64,000 nucleotides of DNA. It comes from the human T2T-CHM13v2.0 reference genome, Homo sapiens. Below, piece by piece: positions 50,741 through 64,000 of the stretch. Below the pieces are notes generated by a model. That model saw nothing but the letters and a program-made list of their open reading frames with translations. It was not told where the DNA came from and did no database searches. Each line of letters opens with the position of its first letter. The first letter of the stretch is position 1. The translations under genes were made by a program, and so were the position numbers. The stretch is from the NCBI RefSeq assembly GCF_009914755.1, contig NC_060942.1, one strand, 5' to 3'.

Positions 50741-52062
50741 TAAGTATGCATGATATGTTATGTCCACTAGGTCCCAGCCACCTGAAGACCCGCTATTATG
50801 GTTAAACATATGACATGAAACACCAGACATTTCACAGAGAAGTGCCTGGTCTGTCAGCAAAGCAGTTATTTCTTATGTTAATGGTGCCAAGAGGGAAGCC
50901 CCTTCCCCCAGCTCAACCAAGGCATTAAACCCAAGTCATTCCTCCCCAGTGGGTAAAACTTTATTTCTTTGGCAAGATAACTTTCATTTGAAAATAAACT
51001 TTGAAGCTGTTTGAAGCTAAAAGAGCTTGCTTTCTAACACAGCAGCAGAAACGGTGAAAGAGCCTCACTTCCTTTGAAACAAGCTTCTGGAGACCTCATC
51101 AGAATTTGAAAGGCTGTGGGATAGGTGCCCTGTTGCTTGGGATGAGGGGTCTGAAGTGGTGTGTGTGAGCTGCTGAGGCTCTCCTGAGGTTCCTTTGAAA
51201 ACCTCGTGTTTCCCGTAATTGGAGTCCGCCACTGTGTGGGGTCATGGGCAGCCGGAGGGCAGGTGGCTCATGCTTGCCTGGACTTGGTGGGAGCTGTAGC
51301 CGCGTGGGAGGGGGTAGGATTGCCCAGCAATGCCCTATCCCTCTCAGCTCCCCCTGCTCTGGAAGGGCAGAGATGCCAGACTGCTGTCCTTCTAAGAGCG
51401 GGACCTCAGAATGTCTAGCAGAGACGTTGTTATCCATATCTTCCATCCCCCGGCCATGTGGATGTACATATTGTGTTGGAACCTCAGTTTCTCCATCTGC
51501 AAAAGGAGTCAGCATAGTACTCATGTACAAGGGTGTTGTGAGAATGCCAAGATGTTTGTAAAGCCCTTAGCAGAGTGCATGGCGCAAATTGTTCCCAAAA
51601 GGAAATATAAACATGTAACAAGGGCCTGCCTGTTTTTGACGTGGCCTGTTGTCCTTCCTAAGAGCCTTCGTGCTGTGCGAAGGAATGTCTGACCACACAC
51701 AGAACAGAGTCCCCTTCCATCCACACCTGCCCTCTGGCTTCTGGAGGGTTTGGTAGCAGGGTTGCTTCTGAGCTTGACGTGTTTCTGGGTTCCAAGACCA
51801 CACACCCTAGCCATCTCCAGCAGCGTGTGCATGGGCGTTGGGTCCATTTATGCCCCTTATGCTTTTTATTGGTCTCATAGCAGAAGCCAGACTGCTGGGG
51901 TTTTATGAACCCAGGAAAATGGGCTCTTGATGACTATGAGGCATTACATCTCAGAGCCAATTTCATAGTCGCAGTTCAGCCTCAGAATGAGCTTTTCACC
52001 TCCTGATTCTTGACAGCTTCAGCTTCAAAGGGCGTTGTGAAAGTCTGCTTTGGAAAGAATAG

Positions 52063-52420
<358 letters not shown>

Positions 52421-54944
52421 TGTTCTTTCCTTTAGAGATTAAGTTATTGGGGAGGGAGTGCTAATGGGTTTCATTAACGTGATCTGTAGATCCAGGCCAC
52501 ATCTCCTTCATGGCCCTATCCTGGGTGGGAGTCCTCCATTCTTGTTCCCGTAACACCAGTCAGTGCGCCTTTGTTTTATAATGAACTCTTAGTGTGTCTC
52601 CTCACCGGATTGTTCTTAAAGGCAAGGCTTTTGCTCTAGTCATCCTGGATTCCACGGTGCCTTGTAGTGGGTGCTTAGCAAATGAAGGGTGGATGACTGA
52701 ATGCATCAATGAGTGAGTTTATAATGTGACGAGCTCTGTCCCAGAGTGATGGAGGATAAGGAGGGGCCATGTGCCTTGAGCCTTGCCATGGTCTGCACCA
52801 TTCTCATCAGCCCTGCTTATCCTTAGCCATGCCTCATGTCTTGGTAAAGCTTTACAAAGTCTGTTTTGTAACACTTTTTTTCTTTTTGATAAAGTGGTGG
52901 TATTTCTCCTTGAGATCTTTAGGAATCTGCCTGTTTTTCAGAGCAGGACCTCTTCTCTTCTTTCATGTTGCTTTGACTGTTGTCTCTCTTTTTCCAAGAC
53001 CCCTGCCACCCTCTGATAACCCTCGCATCTAACGGAGCCACAGAGTCCACAGCTGCTCATAGGTCACTCACCCACGACTTGCGTCCTTAGAGGAACTCTG
53101 CTTCCCCGTGACCCCATCAGCCTCACATCCCTGCCAAACCAGGCAGCTCAGAGCTTGCCTGCATTCCGAGCTCTGGCCTGTGAGTGTTGACCAAAGGGTT
53201 AACCTTTCTGAGCTACCATGAGCCACCTAGAACAGGGACCAAGCCTTATGTTTCTTTTTTCGGTTTTATTTGAGACAGAGTCTCACCCAGGCTGAGGTGT
53301 AATGGCATGATCACAGCTCACCACAGCCTCGACCTCACGGGCTCAAGTGATTCTCCCACATCAGCCTCCTGAGTTGCTGGGACTACAGGCATGTGCCACC
53401 ACACCTGGCTAACTTTTTGTGTATTTTTTGTAGAGGTGGGATTTTGCCATGTTGCCCAGGCTGGAACATTTTCTTTTACTTCTTTGTATCTGTGACACCT
53501 AGGACTGAATACTCATATGTAGGTAATGATAGTGACAGTGATGACAATGACATCTTAACACGGTAGAGACAGAGTTGGATCTGAACCCTGCCCTCCCTGT
53601 TCCTGTCGTTACCTCTGCTAACCCATCCTCCATCCTTTGCATTCTCACAGTGGATTCTAATCTTTTCTTGGGATCATACACTCTGTTTTAGATAAGAGGG
53701 GAAATGGACACTTACACACACCTTGCATCTGATTTTAGAAGGTCCACAGATCCCCAAGAGGTCGAGAGATCCCAGTTGAAGGATCTTGCTCTAAAGAAGG
53801 ACACCATTAAACACCCTTAGGAAAATCAGTGGTAGTCAATTGCATTTATTTTACCCAGTCACTTTCTGAAAACTTTGGTTGAAAACCATGTCTCCCCTAC
53901 CCTCCCTAGTTGTTAAGAATATATTATTTTCCACAGTAACCAAAGCTTTGGTATAAAGGGTCCATTCAGACCTCTGACATAGACTTTTTTGAAGAGTCCA
54001 ATAGCAGTGGAATCCACATTGCATCCAAGTGAATATTCACGTGGCTTTAAGCACAGCTCTCATGCTGCAAATTCACTTTGGAAAGCCTTCCTGAACAGCC
54101 TGGTAATTAGAACTGTGGTGGCTAATTAAGAATACGGTGAGGCAGATGCACTAATAATATATTTCCAAGCGAGCTGTTAAAAAATTAAACTTCCTCTGCT
54201 AAGGCCGATGGAAGCACCTCGGATTGGGGTATTGTCTTCCCGTTTGGATAACTGAAGTGCTTGTGAGTTCTCCTGAAAACTGGATCAGGCTTTTTAAAAG
54301 GGAGCAATTTGCAAGGATGTCTTACGCCAAAGGTTAGGGAGATGGGAGGTTATGGAAATGGAAGTCTCAGAGCTCCAAACGGCACCTTGATGTGTGCAGT
54401 AAGGAGGTTTCCTTTTTGGAGAGATGGAGAGAGAGGGTGGATGAAATGTGGCTGTCAGCAGGTGCTGAGTGACACGCGGCTCTGATGGGTGGCTGGGGAT
54501 GGAGCACCAGGTAGCCTGTGCTGGAGCATCTGTCGATGTGCTGAGCGGGCCCTGCTCTGGGAGGGTTTGCCCAGGTCTCTGCCTTCAAGCCTAACCTGCT
54601 GCCTGCTGCGCACAGACACCTGCGGGACCTCTGTAACCCACATTTGAAAGGAAAGGGAATGGCTCTGAAATGACAGTGTCTGGTCCCCAGTTCTTGCCCT
54701 CCCAACCATCCAGCTCTTCCCTGGACATGTCTGAACCTCTCCAAAGCTTCAGTAAAAGGAAATTGAACCAGATCCATAGTTTTCAAATTGTATTATCTGG
54801 AGCTCTAAGGATCTTAGCAAGGGCTTAGCAGGTCTAAAAACAGTTCTAATCTGTTGTATATTTTGGGATTTGGTGCTTCATTATTACTGTATATTTTTTC
54901 CCAACATATGTTTTTCTACATATGTAAACTTTATATATCATATA

Positions 54945-56110
<1,166 letters not shown>

Positions 56111-56144
56111 TTGGAATATAATTTGTATGTATATACATGTTACA

Positions 56145-56146
<2 letters not shown>

Positions 56147-56188
<42 letters not shown>
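56147..56188. repeat. (AT)21 microsatellite
   Basis: Direct reading. Confidence 0.95.
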
Positions 56189-56191
<3 letters not shown>

Positions 56192-56807
56192 TTTTAAACT
56201 GCAGTAAAATAAACTCGATAGCTTTCTATAGCAAAGCCTGACATACTGGTGACTTATGCATTAATTAACTAATTATGCATTAGTTAACTCACGCTGCCGC
56301 CTAAGTTGATTTTTTGCAGTTACGCTTCACCTGCCACATCCGTTAAATTGAATTGGGCCTTGACATGTTTAAAAATGGTTACCACAGGCACCCACTTATC
56401 TCTTTCAATGGTGATTATATCCTTACTGTACAACCAAGACCAAAAGAAACAAATTAGATTCTGAGATTGACCTTAGACTAGAAATGTCACTAAGAGCTTC
56501 TGGTTTTAGATTTGTTTGTACCTCAAAACAGCTACACTGCTCTAACAGTGATTGAGATATAAGTCAATATTATACTCTCAAGTTTATAAAATGTATAATT
56601 GTTCTAATCTGATTTATATTTTGGGATTTGGTGTAAGGTTTAATTTGGGAGAAAAAAGCACTCTGCTGCTCAGAAGTTTGAACATCAGTGTTCTAGATTA
56701 TTTCTAAGGTCCTGGCTTTCATTTTTGACCTCATTCCTGGGCTTCTGCTGGCTTGCCGAAGGTCTTGGAGTAAAAATGGTAAAATGACTACCTGGAGCTT
56801 TTTCTTT

Positions 56808-57068
56808 TCTTTCTTTCTTTTTTTGCATTGCGTCTTACTTTGTCACCCAGGCTGGAGTGCAGTGGTGCAAATACAGCTCACTGCAGCCTCTACCTCCTGG
56901 GATCAAGTGATCCTCCTGCATGCGCCACCACACCAAGCTAATTTTCATAGTTTTTGTAGAAATGGGGGTTTTGCCATGTTGCCCAGGCTGGTCTCAAACT
57001 CCTGAGCTCAAGCCATCTGCCCACCTTGGCTTCCCAAAGTCTCAGAATATAGGCATGAGCCACTGCTA
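56808..57068 (-). mobile_element. AluJ, internally shortened
   Basis: Antisense, with cactgcagcctc and ctcctgagctcaagcc signatures. Confidence 0.85.
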
Positions 57069-57487
57069 CTGGTCCCCTGGAGCTTTTAAGGTACACCCTT
57101 GTTCCTCCTGAGCCAACCCTGTGGAGTTGTTCCTGCTATACTTAAGGATTTATTGAGCACCTCCTATGTACCAGGTAATGTGCTAATCATTGAAGGGGTT
57201 TCAAAGAAAGAAAGACATAGTTATTTGTCCTCAAGATACCTGCTGTCAGGTTGGAGATGAATAAATGTAAAAAAAAAGAATAAAGTCAACCAATCTACAA
57301 GTATTTAGATATGAATATTTCCAAATGTAATAAAGATACCAAATGTTGTAGGAATTCAGAAAATGTCAGGGACAGCTTCATAGAGCAGGTGGAGGAAGGT
57401 AGGATTTGGGTGGATGACGAGAGGGTGAGGCAGATTCTGAATTTTCTTTTGAACTGAGATTTGGCCACATTTGGGCATTCCTTATGC

Positions 57488-57828
57488 CAGTGGTCCCCAA
57501 CCTTTTTTGGCATCAGGGACCTGTTTCCTGGAAGACAATTTTTCCATGCACTGGGGGTGGGGGGATGGCTTCGGGATGAAACTGTTCCACCTGAGATCAT
57601 TGGGCATTAAATTCTTAAAAGGAGTGTGCAACCTAGATCCCTCGAGTGCACAGTTCACAATAGGCTTGGCGCTCCTGTGAGAATCTGATGCCCCGCTGAT
57701 CTCACAGTAGGCAGAGCCCAGGCAGTAATGCTTGCTTGCCCGCCACTTGCCTGCTACTGTGTGGCCCCCATTCCTAATAGGCCGTAAGACCCCAGTACTG
57801 TCCATGGCCTGGGGCTTGGGGACCCCTG
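57488..57828 (+). mobile_element. MER1B-like hAT DNA transposon, complete
   Basis: TIRs CAGTGGTCCCCAA / TTGGGGACCCCTG; perfect 8-bp TSD CCTTATGC at 57480-57487 and 57829-57836. Confidence 0.9.
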
Positions 57829-58743
57829 CCTTATGCCATAAACCCTTTATTTGGAGGCCGTCAATTTAGCTGTACCCAATCCCCATTCAGCTTCCAGTGA
57901 AGAGAATAAACATGGGTAGCCAAGGAGAAGCAGGCATTTTTTTCAGCAGGCTTCCAGAAAGGAATCTGAGGTAATTCGGATAGACAAGGAAGAGGCATCA
58001 GTCTTTGTTTCCATAAACCACTATTGAGTGTGGGCCACAGTTAACCTGAAAAACTCCTAGAAAATAAGGATTCACAAAGCCCCATCAATCCGATTTTGCT
58101 ATAGATAATTGCATGCAGTTTCTGAGCTGTCAAAATCCACTCCTGCTGAAGGCCCTTCAGAACAGAGGAAGGTCATGCTGGACACCAAGGGGGAGACTCC
58201 AGGGAGCGTTTTACTGGCGTCCTCCCTAGGAGGGCAGCCCTCTGAAGGGTCCGGTAAACACCAGCTTGGATGTGAGGACCCCCGCCTGAGCCCCTGCTGG
58301 TTCTAATGAAGTTAGCTCCGTTCTCTCCTGACTGTGGAGGAAGGGACAGGAGTGTGTCCCTCCAGCAGGGTTCGGTTCTCCCTCGCCTTCTTCAAATCCC
58401 ACAGAGCTAGGCACAGAGGGTCCTTGTCTTGTGTTCGAAGGAAAAATAAATGCGTATCTGGCTTAGAAAGTCTTCAGCAGGTAAAGGCATTCTTCCAAAG
58501 CACCAGTGAGCCCTCACAGTGACTGGGGAGGAAGCGAGACGGCTCCAGCACAGGCCATTGTCAGGCTCGGGGCCCCGTCAGACCAAGTCTCAGGAACGAG
58601 TTCTGCTCAGCCTCTGTCTAAGGAGGTAACTCTGGCCCCCTGCACCACACACTTGCTCACCCATGTAAGCCCTGAAGTGTTCGTAGCCCTGTACCTCCTG
58701 TGTTCGGGTGTGAGACTGAAAGGTGCTATGTGTGAGCACATGT

Positions 58744-58745
<2 letters not shown>

Positions 58746-58787
<42 letters not shown>
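58746..58787. repeat. (AC)21 microsatellite
   Basis: Direct reading. Confidence 0.95.
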
Positions 58788-58790
<3 letters not shown>

Positions 58791-59698
58791 CATTGTGCTG
58801 TGATACCAGCCCCAGCCCCGCCGGTCTATGTGTGGTCAGCTTGTCCACTTGGCTGTTGGGGTCTCTGTCCGGGTCCTCCTGGAGCCAAGCCTGGCCCTCT
58901 GATTGCGAGCCTGTCTGTCTCCTGGTTCCCGCTGGGCTCTTTTCCTGGGGCCGGACTTTGCTGGGAGGAATTCTTCCTATGCCTCACCGAGTCCCAGTTC
59001 TGTCCTGTCCTGTTGGGCTCTGGGAAGGTGCATGTAGGAAGCCCCTCAGGCCCCCTGCCATGGCCTGCCTGCTCCCTCTGTTAGAGGTACTCTCTTCTCC
59101 TCTCCCAATTAAAACCTTGGCTCTCCCTGGCTCCCCCATGTACTCCACACCTGGTTTGGCCTCCAGGTGTGGACACACTCCACAGTATCCTTAAACCATG
59201 GGACCAGGTGCTGCATTCCCAGCCACCCTCCTTGCCCGGCTCAGGGAAGCCCTTTGCAGAGAACGCCTGGATTTGATTCCTTGGAGCCTGACGCCCATTC
59301 AGAACATAGGTAAGTTGGCCGCAAACTCCTTGGACTTAGATGCATAGGGCGCATTTCTGTCTAGGGTGAAGCTGGCCCTTTTATTTCTAGTGGTTTTCCC
59401 TTTCCAATATTCCCTTCCCACCCATATCCTGTCCTGGCTGGGCCCCCACTTTTCTTCCCCACCCCCTCCATGAGTATCCAATGTGTTCTGTAGCAAGATC
59501 AAAGCGGTTTATCTCATCAGCCACACAAAACCTTTTCGGATCCTGATTTTTTTTTTTCAACCAGTACCCAGTACCTGCTTCTCCTGGTTCTACCCTTCTG
59601 CGTATTCCATTGTGTGCCCCTACAGCAGCAGGGCAGGGCCCCTCCCTCTGGGACGAGGCCAAGTATGAATTAGAATGCAGCACTGCCACTGAGCCAGC

Positions 59699-59804
59699 GA
59701 CCCTGGGCTGGCCGCCTGATGTCCTGATACCCTAAGGCTGTCCAGGGACCCTGGGCTGGCCGCCTGATGTCCTGATACCCTAAGGCTGTCCAGGGACCCT
59801 GGGC
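59699..59804. repeat. Perfect 48-bp tandem repeat, 2.2 copies
   Basis: GACCCTGGGCTGGCCGCCTGATGTCCTGATACCCTAAGGCTGTCCAGG x2 followed by GACCCTGGGC. Confidence 0.97.
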
Positions 59805-60336
59805 ATGTACCTTCATGGCGGCCAGGTGTGCTGTGTCTGCTGCTGTGTTCTGACCTTCCCTCTAGACCCTTTGTCAAAAGAGTTTGAACTTGTTCCCAGG
59901 GGGTATCACTGGATCTTCAAGTAGGGACTGACATGAGGGAAAGAGTGTTTTTCAAGATTAGCAGGACAGCAGTGGGCAGGGTAGACTGGGAGATCTTTGG
60001 GGATGAATTTCTGGCCAGCTATTAAATCCTAGCAGCAGTTCCTGTCAGCTCTAAATAGCCCCATATACCAAGATAACCTCACACCTTGATTTTTCAGGAT
60101 TTGGCAAGTCTGATGAGAGCCCTTGAAACAAAAGTAAACTCAGGCAAGCCAAGAGCCTTTTGTATTCTCTGTAAACATTTAGAGAGTCGCTTTCTTGACC
60201 CGCCTATGAAAATGTAGAAACAGACCTTATTTGAACAAGCTGATTGGCAACTCTAGTGTATTGATTTTAATTTGGTTTTTGCCTGATTCATCAGCTGGAG
60301 ACTTTAAAACATAGCCAGATTCAAAACCAGTTTCTT

Positions 60337-60655
<319 letters not shown>

Positions 60656-61177
60656 TTAAAAAAATCTAACCATCCCTCCTTTTCTTAAAGATAATCCTGT
60701 CTTCCTTCCTTTACAAGAAAAATCCCAGTGACTCCCCCACCCCAGGGATTTTGAATTCCTTTGGTCTGTATTCTGGATATGGATCTGGCTTTCAGCGTGT
60801 TAGTTGAGGCTCGGGGAGGAGGTTTTCCTTCCAAGCCAGCTGTGTGCCCAGTGCTCAGAGGTATGGATGGCATCAGGCTGACTGGTCAAGACCAAATGCT
60901 CCTCCAGTCACCCCAGCCTGGTGACCTGGCCCGGCCAGTATGCCACTGTAGTGTCAGACTCTGTGGCTCTCCTCTTGGAGTTCCTCCAGGGTCTAACAAG
61001 CAGCTGCTGCCAGGTGAGCAGTAAGGGCCATGCTTACTTTCATCGGCACTTTTGCTGCTGGACAAAGCTTTAGATCCGTGGACAACAAAACAAAGCATGT
61101 GTCTAATGGATGTGTCCTCAGGCTGAAGGGAAGGCCGTTTTGCTTTAAGGGTCTGTGTATCTTCTGTTAAGAGGTAG

Positions 61178-61553
<376 letters not shown>

Positions 61554-62536
61554 AACAGTTTGTTTTTTTTAAGTGAGCGCAGTCTGATTGGACTTCTGCT
61601 GGAGGAGCATCTGGAATCTTGGCATTGAAGTTTGCCAACTCACGAACAATGTTATCATCACTTATCTGATGAATGTGAGGAGCAGGCTGATGGTGCTGTG
61701 GCAGTCAACAGCTTAAGATGCTGCTAGGGAAATGAAGGAAATAACAATAGGGTGATGGAGGGGCATTTTCCTTTAAGAGAGCCTAGTATTTGAAAACCAG
61801 CATTTCACAAATGACATACACATGATAGTACAATTCTTGGGCTTATGTGTTTACTTATTTATTTGTAGAGACAGGGTCTCACTCTGTCACCCAGGCTAGA
61901 GTGCAGTAATGCGATCATAACTCATTGCAACCTCGACTTCCTGTGTTCAAGCGTGCCTCAGCCTCCTGAGTAGCTGAGACTGCCGGTGCATGCCACTAAG
62001 CGCAGCTGATTTTAATTCTTGGGTTTATATATAGTTTTTCATTTTAGGGCTCCTTTAAGTAGTAGGCTTCCATAGTCAAACAGTTACAAACTACAGATTT
62101 GTACCCTACTTTTTAGGACACCTTTTCTGCATGAGCTGAACACCATTTCAAGAGCAAAAGATTATGTCTGTGGGGGGGGGATGGAGGGATGCAAGAAGCA
62201 GGGGATGGAGGCTTCCGCCCAGAAAGTCAGAGATTCTGTAACAAAAAAGGGATTTTCTAGTTGCCTCAAGGGCCAACCCTGCTTTCTAGGCTAATATGCC
62301 CCAAGCCTTTTCTTGCTGGGTCCTGATTGGGCTCCTTGAGGCTTGGTGACTAAGTCGGTAAAGGAGGCTAGAACATGTAGGTTCCCAGAGTCTATAAGGT
62401 TGAAGTGGGACTTCTTGCTGTCCAGCCCTGACTCCTTACCCATAACCTCCTTGTCCTGGGGCATTGGGAAGCTGAGGAGGATTTCTGGACTCTGTTGACC
62501 AGACTGGGAATGCATGTATTAAAGAAAGCGGCCCTA

Positions 62537-62866
<330 letters not shown>

Positions 62867-63819
62867 TGCCCACTAATAATTGTGTATAGAAAAGCATTGA
62901 ATGGAAGGTCAGAAGGTCAGGTGCTCTCTGGGAAAAGTCCAGGAATACCCACCTACCTGGTGAGGGGAATTTGTTCCTGTATTCAGCCAGCCATGATTGA
63001 GTACCTGCTGTTGGCCAAGCATGGTCCCTTCCTAGGAACACACAGGCTGTGACAGCATGGCCCCTCCCAAGCAGCTCACTTCTAGGGTGTTTCCATTTTG
63101 TTTGGGAGAGGGAGGTTGGTGAGTGAGAGAAAGACATAAGTACCAAAGCAAATAATGACAAGCTTTTGGGTGTCTTGTGACTGTGTTAATAAGTTGTTTC
63201 TATGCTTGGGGTTTATTTGGTCATAATAACTGTCTGGACAGATGTGAAGTAATCATGACCTCAGCTCCTTCCTCACCTGTGTACTTGAGGTATCCAAGAC
63301 ACTCTCACCTCTTCCACACCTGTGAAGAAGCAACTGTGCCATCCAGTGGCCCAGCGTGCAGCCAGGAAGGGGGGTACACCCATGGGGAACACTAGAGCCA
63401 TTAAGGAAATTGCCTTTTTTGTGAGTAGAGAGGTGGTTGGCCCAGGTATTTACCCAAGTCGTTTTCTGCTCTCAGAGCTCATGTTTTGCTCTCAGAGAAC
63501 ACAGAACTGGTTCTTCACACCCATGTAATGTGCATATATTATACATATCATCCACCTGTTTATACTTGAAAGCCTTTTGGTCTTTTGCGGGCCTCAGTGC
63601 TCCAGGCTAACTAGCTCTCTTTCTTCTTGCTTGTTGAACCTTAAAAGTTCCTCATTCAAGGATAAAGGAGACCACCTATTATCTGGAGGTTGGTTATGAT
63701 CATTTCCATCCCAAGTTTGCTGATGCAGGAAAGTAAGGTAAATAAGTGGAATGTTAGGAGAAGGTTCTCACCCGCCTTTGGCCTGCACAGAACACTGGAG
63801 CTATTCAATGGGACTCAAC

Positions 63820-63972
63820 TGTACTTCTCACTAGAATCCCCCGGGAGTGTCTAAAACCCCGTTTATCCAGCCACACCCGGACCAGTAAATCAGAATCTCA
63901 AGGTGGGCTCAGGCTTTGGTGATTTTGTTGCTCCCTGGGGATTCTGATGTGCAGACAGCGTTGAGAGCATCA
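63820..63972. mobile_element. MER5A-like
   Basis: tagaatccccc...aaatcagaatctc...gattctgatgtgcag...ttgagagca motif. Confidence 0.65.
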
Positions 63973-64000
63973 ATCTACGCTACTTTCTCATTTCATACTG

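Noticed and set aside
59699-59804. 48-bp repeat as a CRISPR-like or coding repeat
   Set aside because: Units are contiguous with no spacers, and the overlapping ORF has no splice or homology support.

Overview
Primate (human-like) genomic DNA covering the 5' end of CABLES1 (Cdk5 and Abl enzyme substrate 1; I recall chr18q11.2). Positions 1-15,000 are Alu/L1/L2/LTR-rich upstream sequence. A CpG-island promoter with a TATA box (~16,350-18,450) precedes the main coding exon 1 (ATG 17095, donor after 17930). The rest is intron 1, which holds a short alternative coding first exon (37228-37277); no exon 2 is visible. By eye, about a quarter of the window is Alu, plus MER21, MER41A, MER1B, MER82-like, MER5, MIR, L2 and L1M fossils. 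Nearly all ORFs in the supplied track are repeat-derived or GC-rich shadow frames. I find no support for a new multi-gene system. The best leads are regulatory or allelic: a strong-Kozak uORF in the 5' leader, an apparent 9-bp in-frame deletion allele in exon 1, an internal promoter/exon with a competing out-of-frame ATG, a strong CTCF motif, a G4/i-motif tract, a perfect 48-bp tandem duplication, splice-ready Alu exons and three trimeric Alus. Repeat subfamily names and reference-protein comparisons come from memory and need database confirmation.
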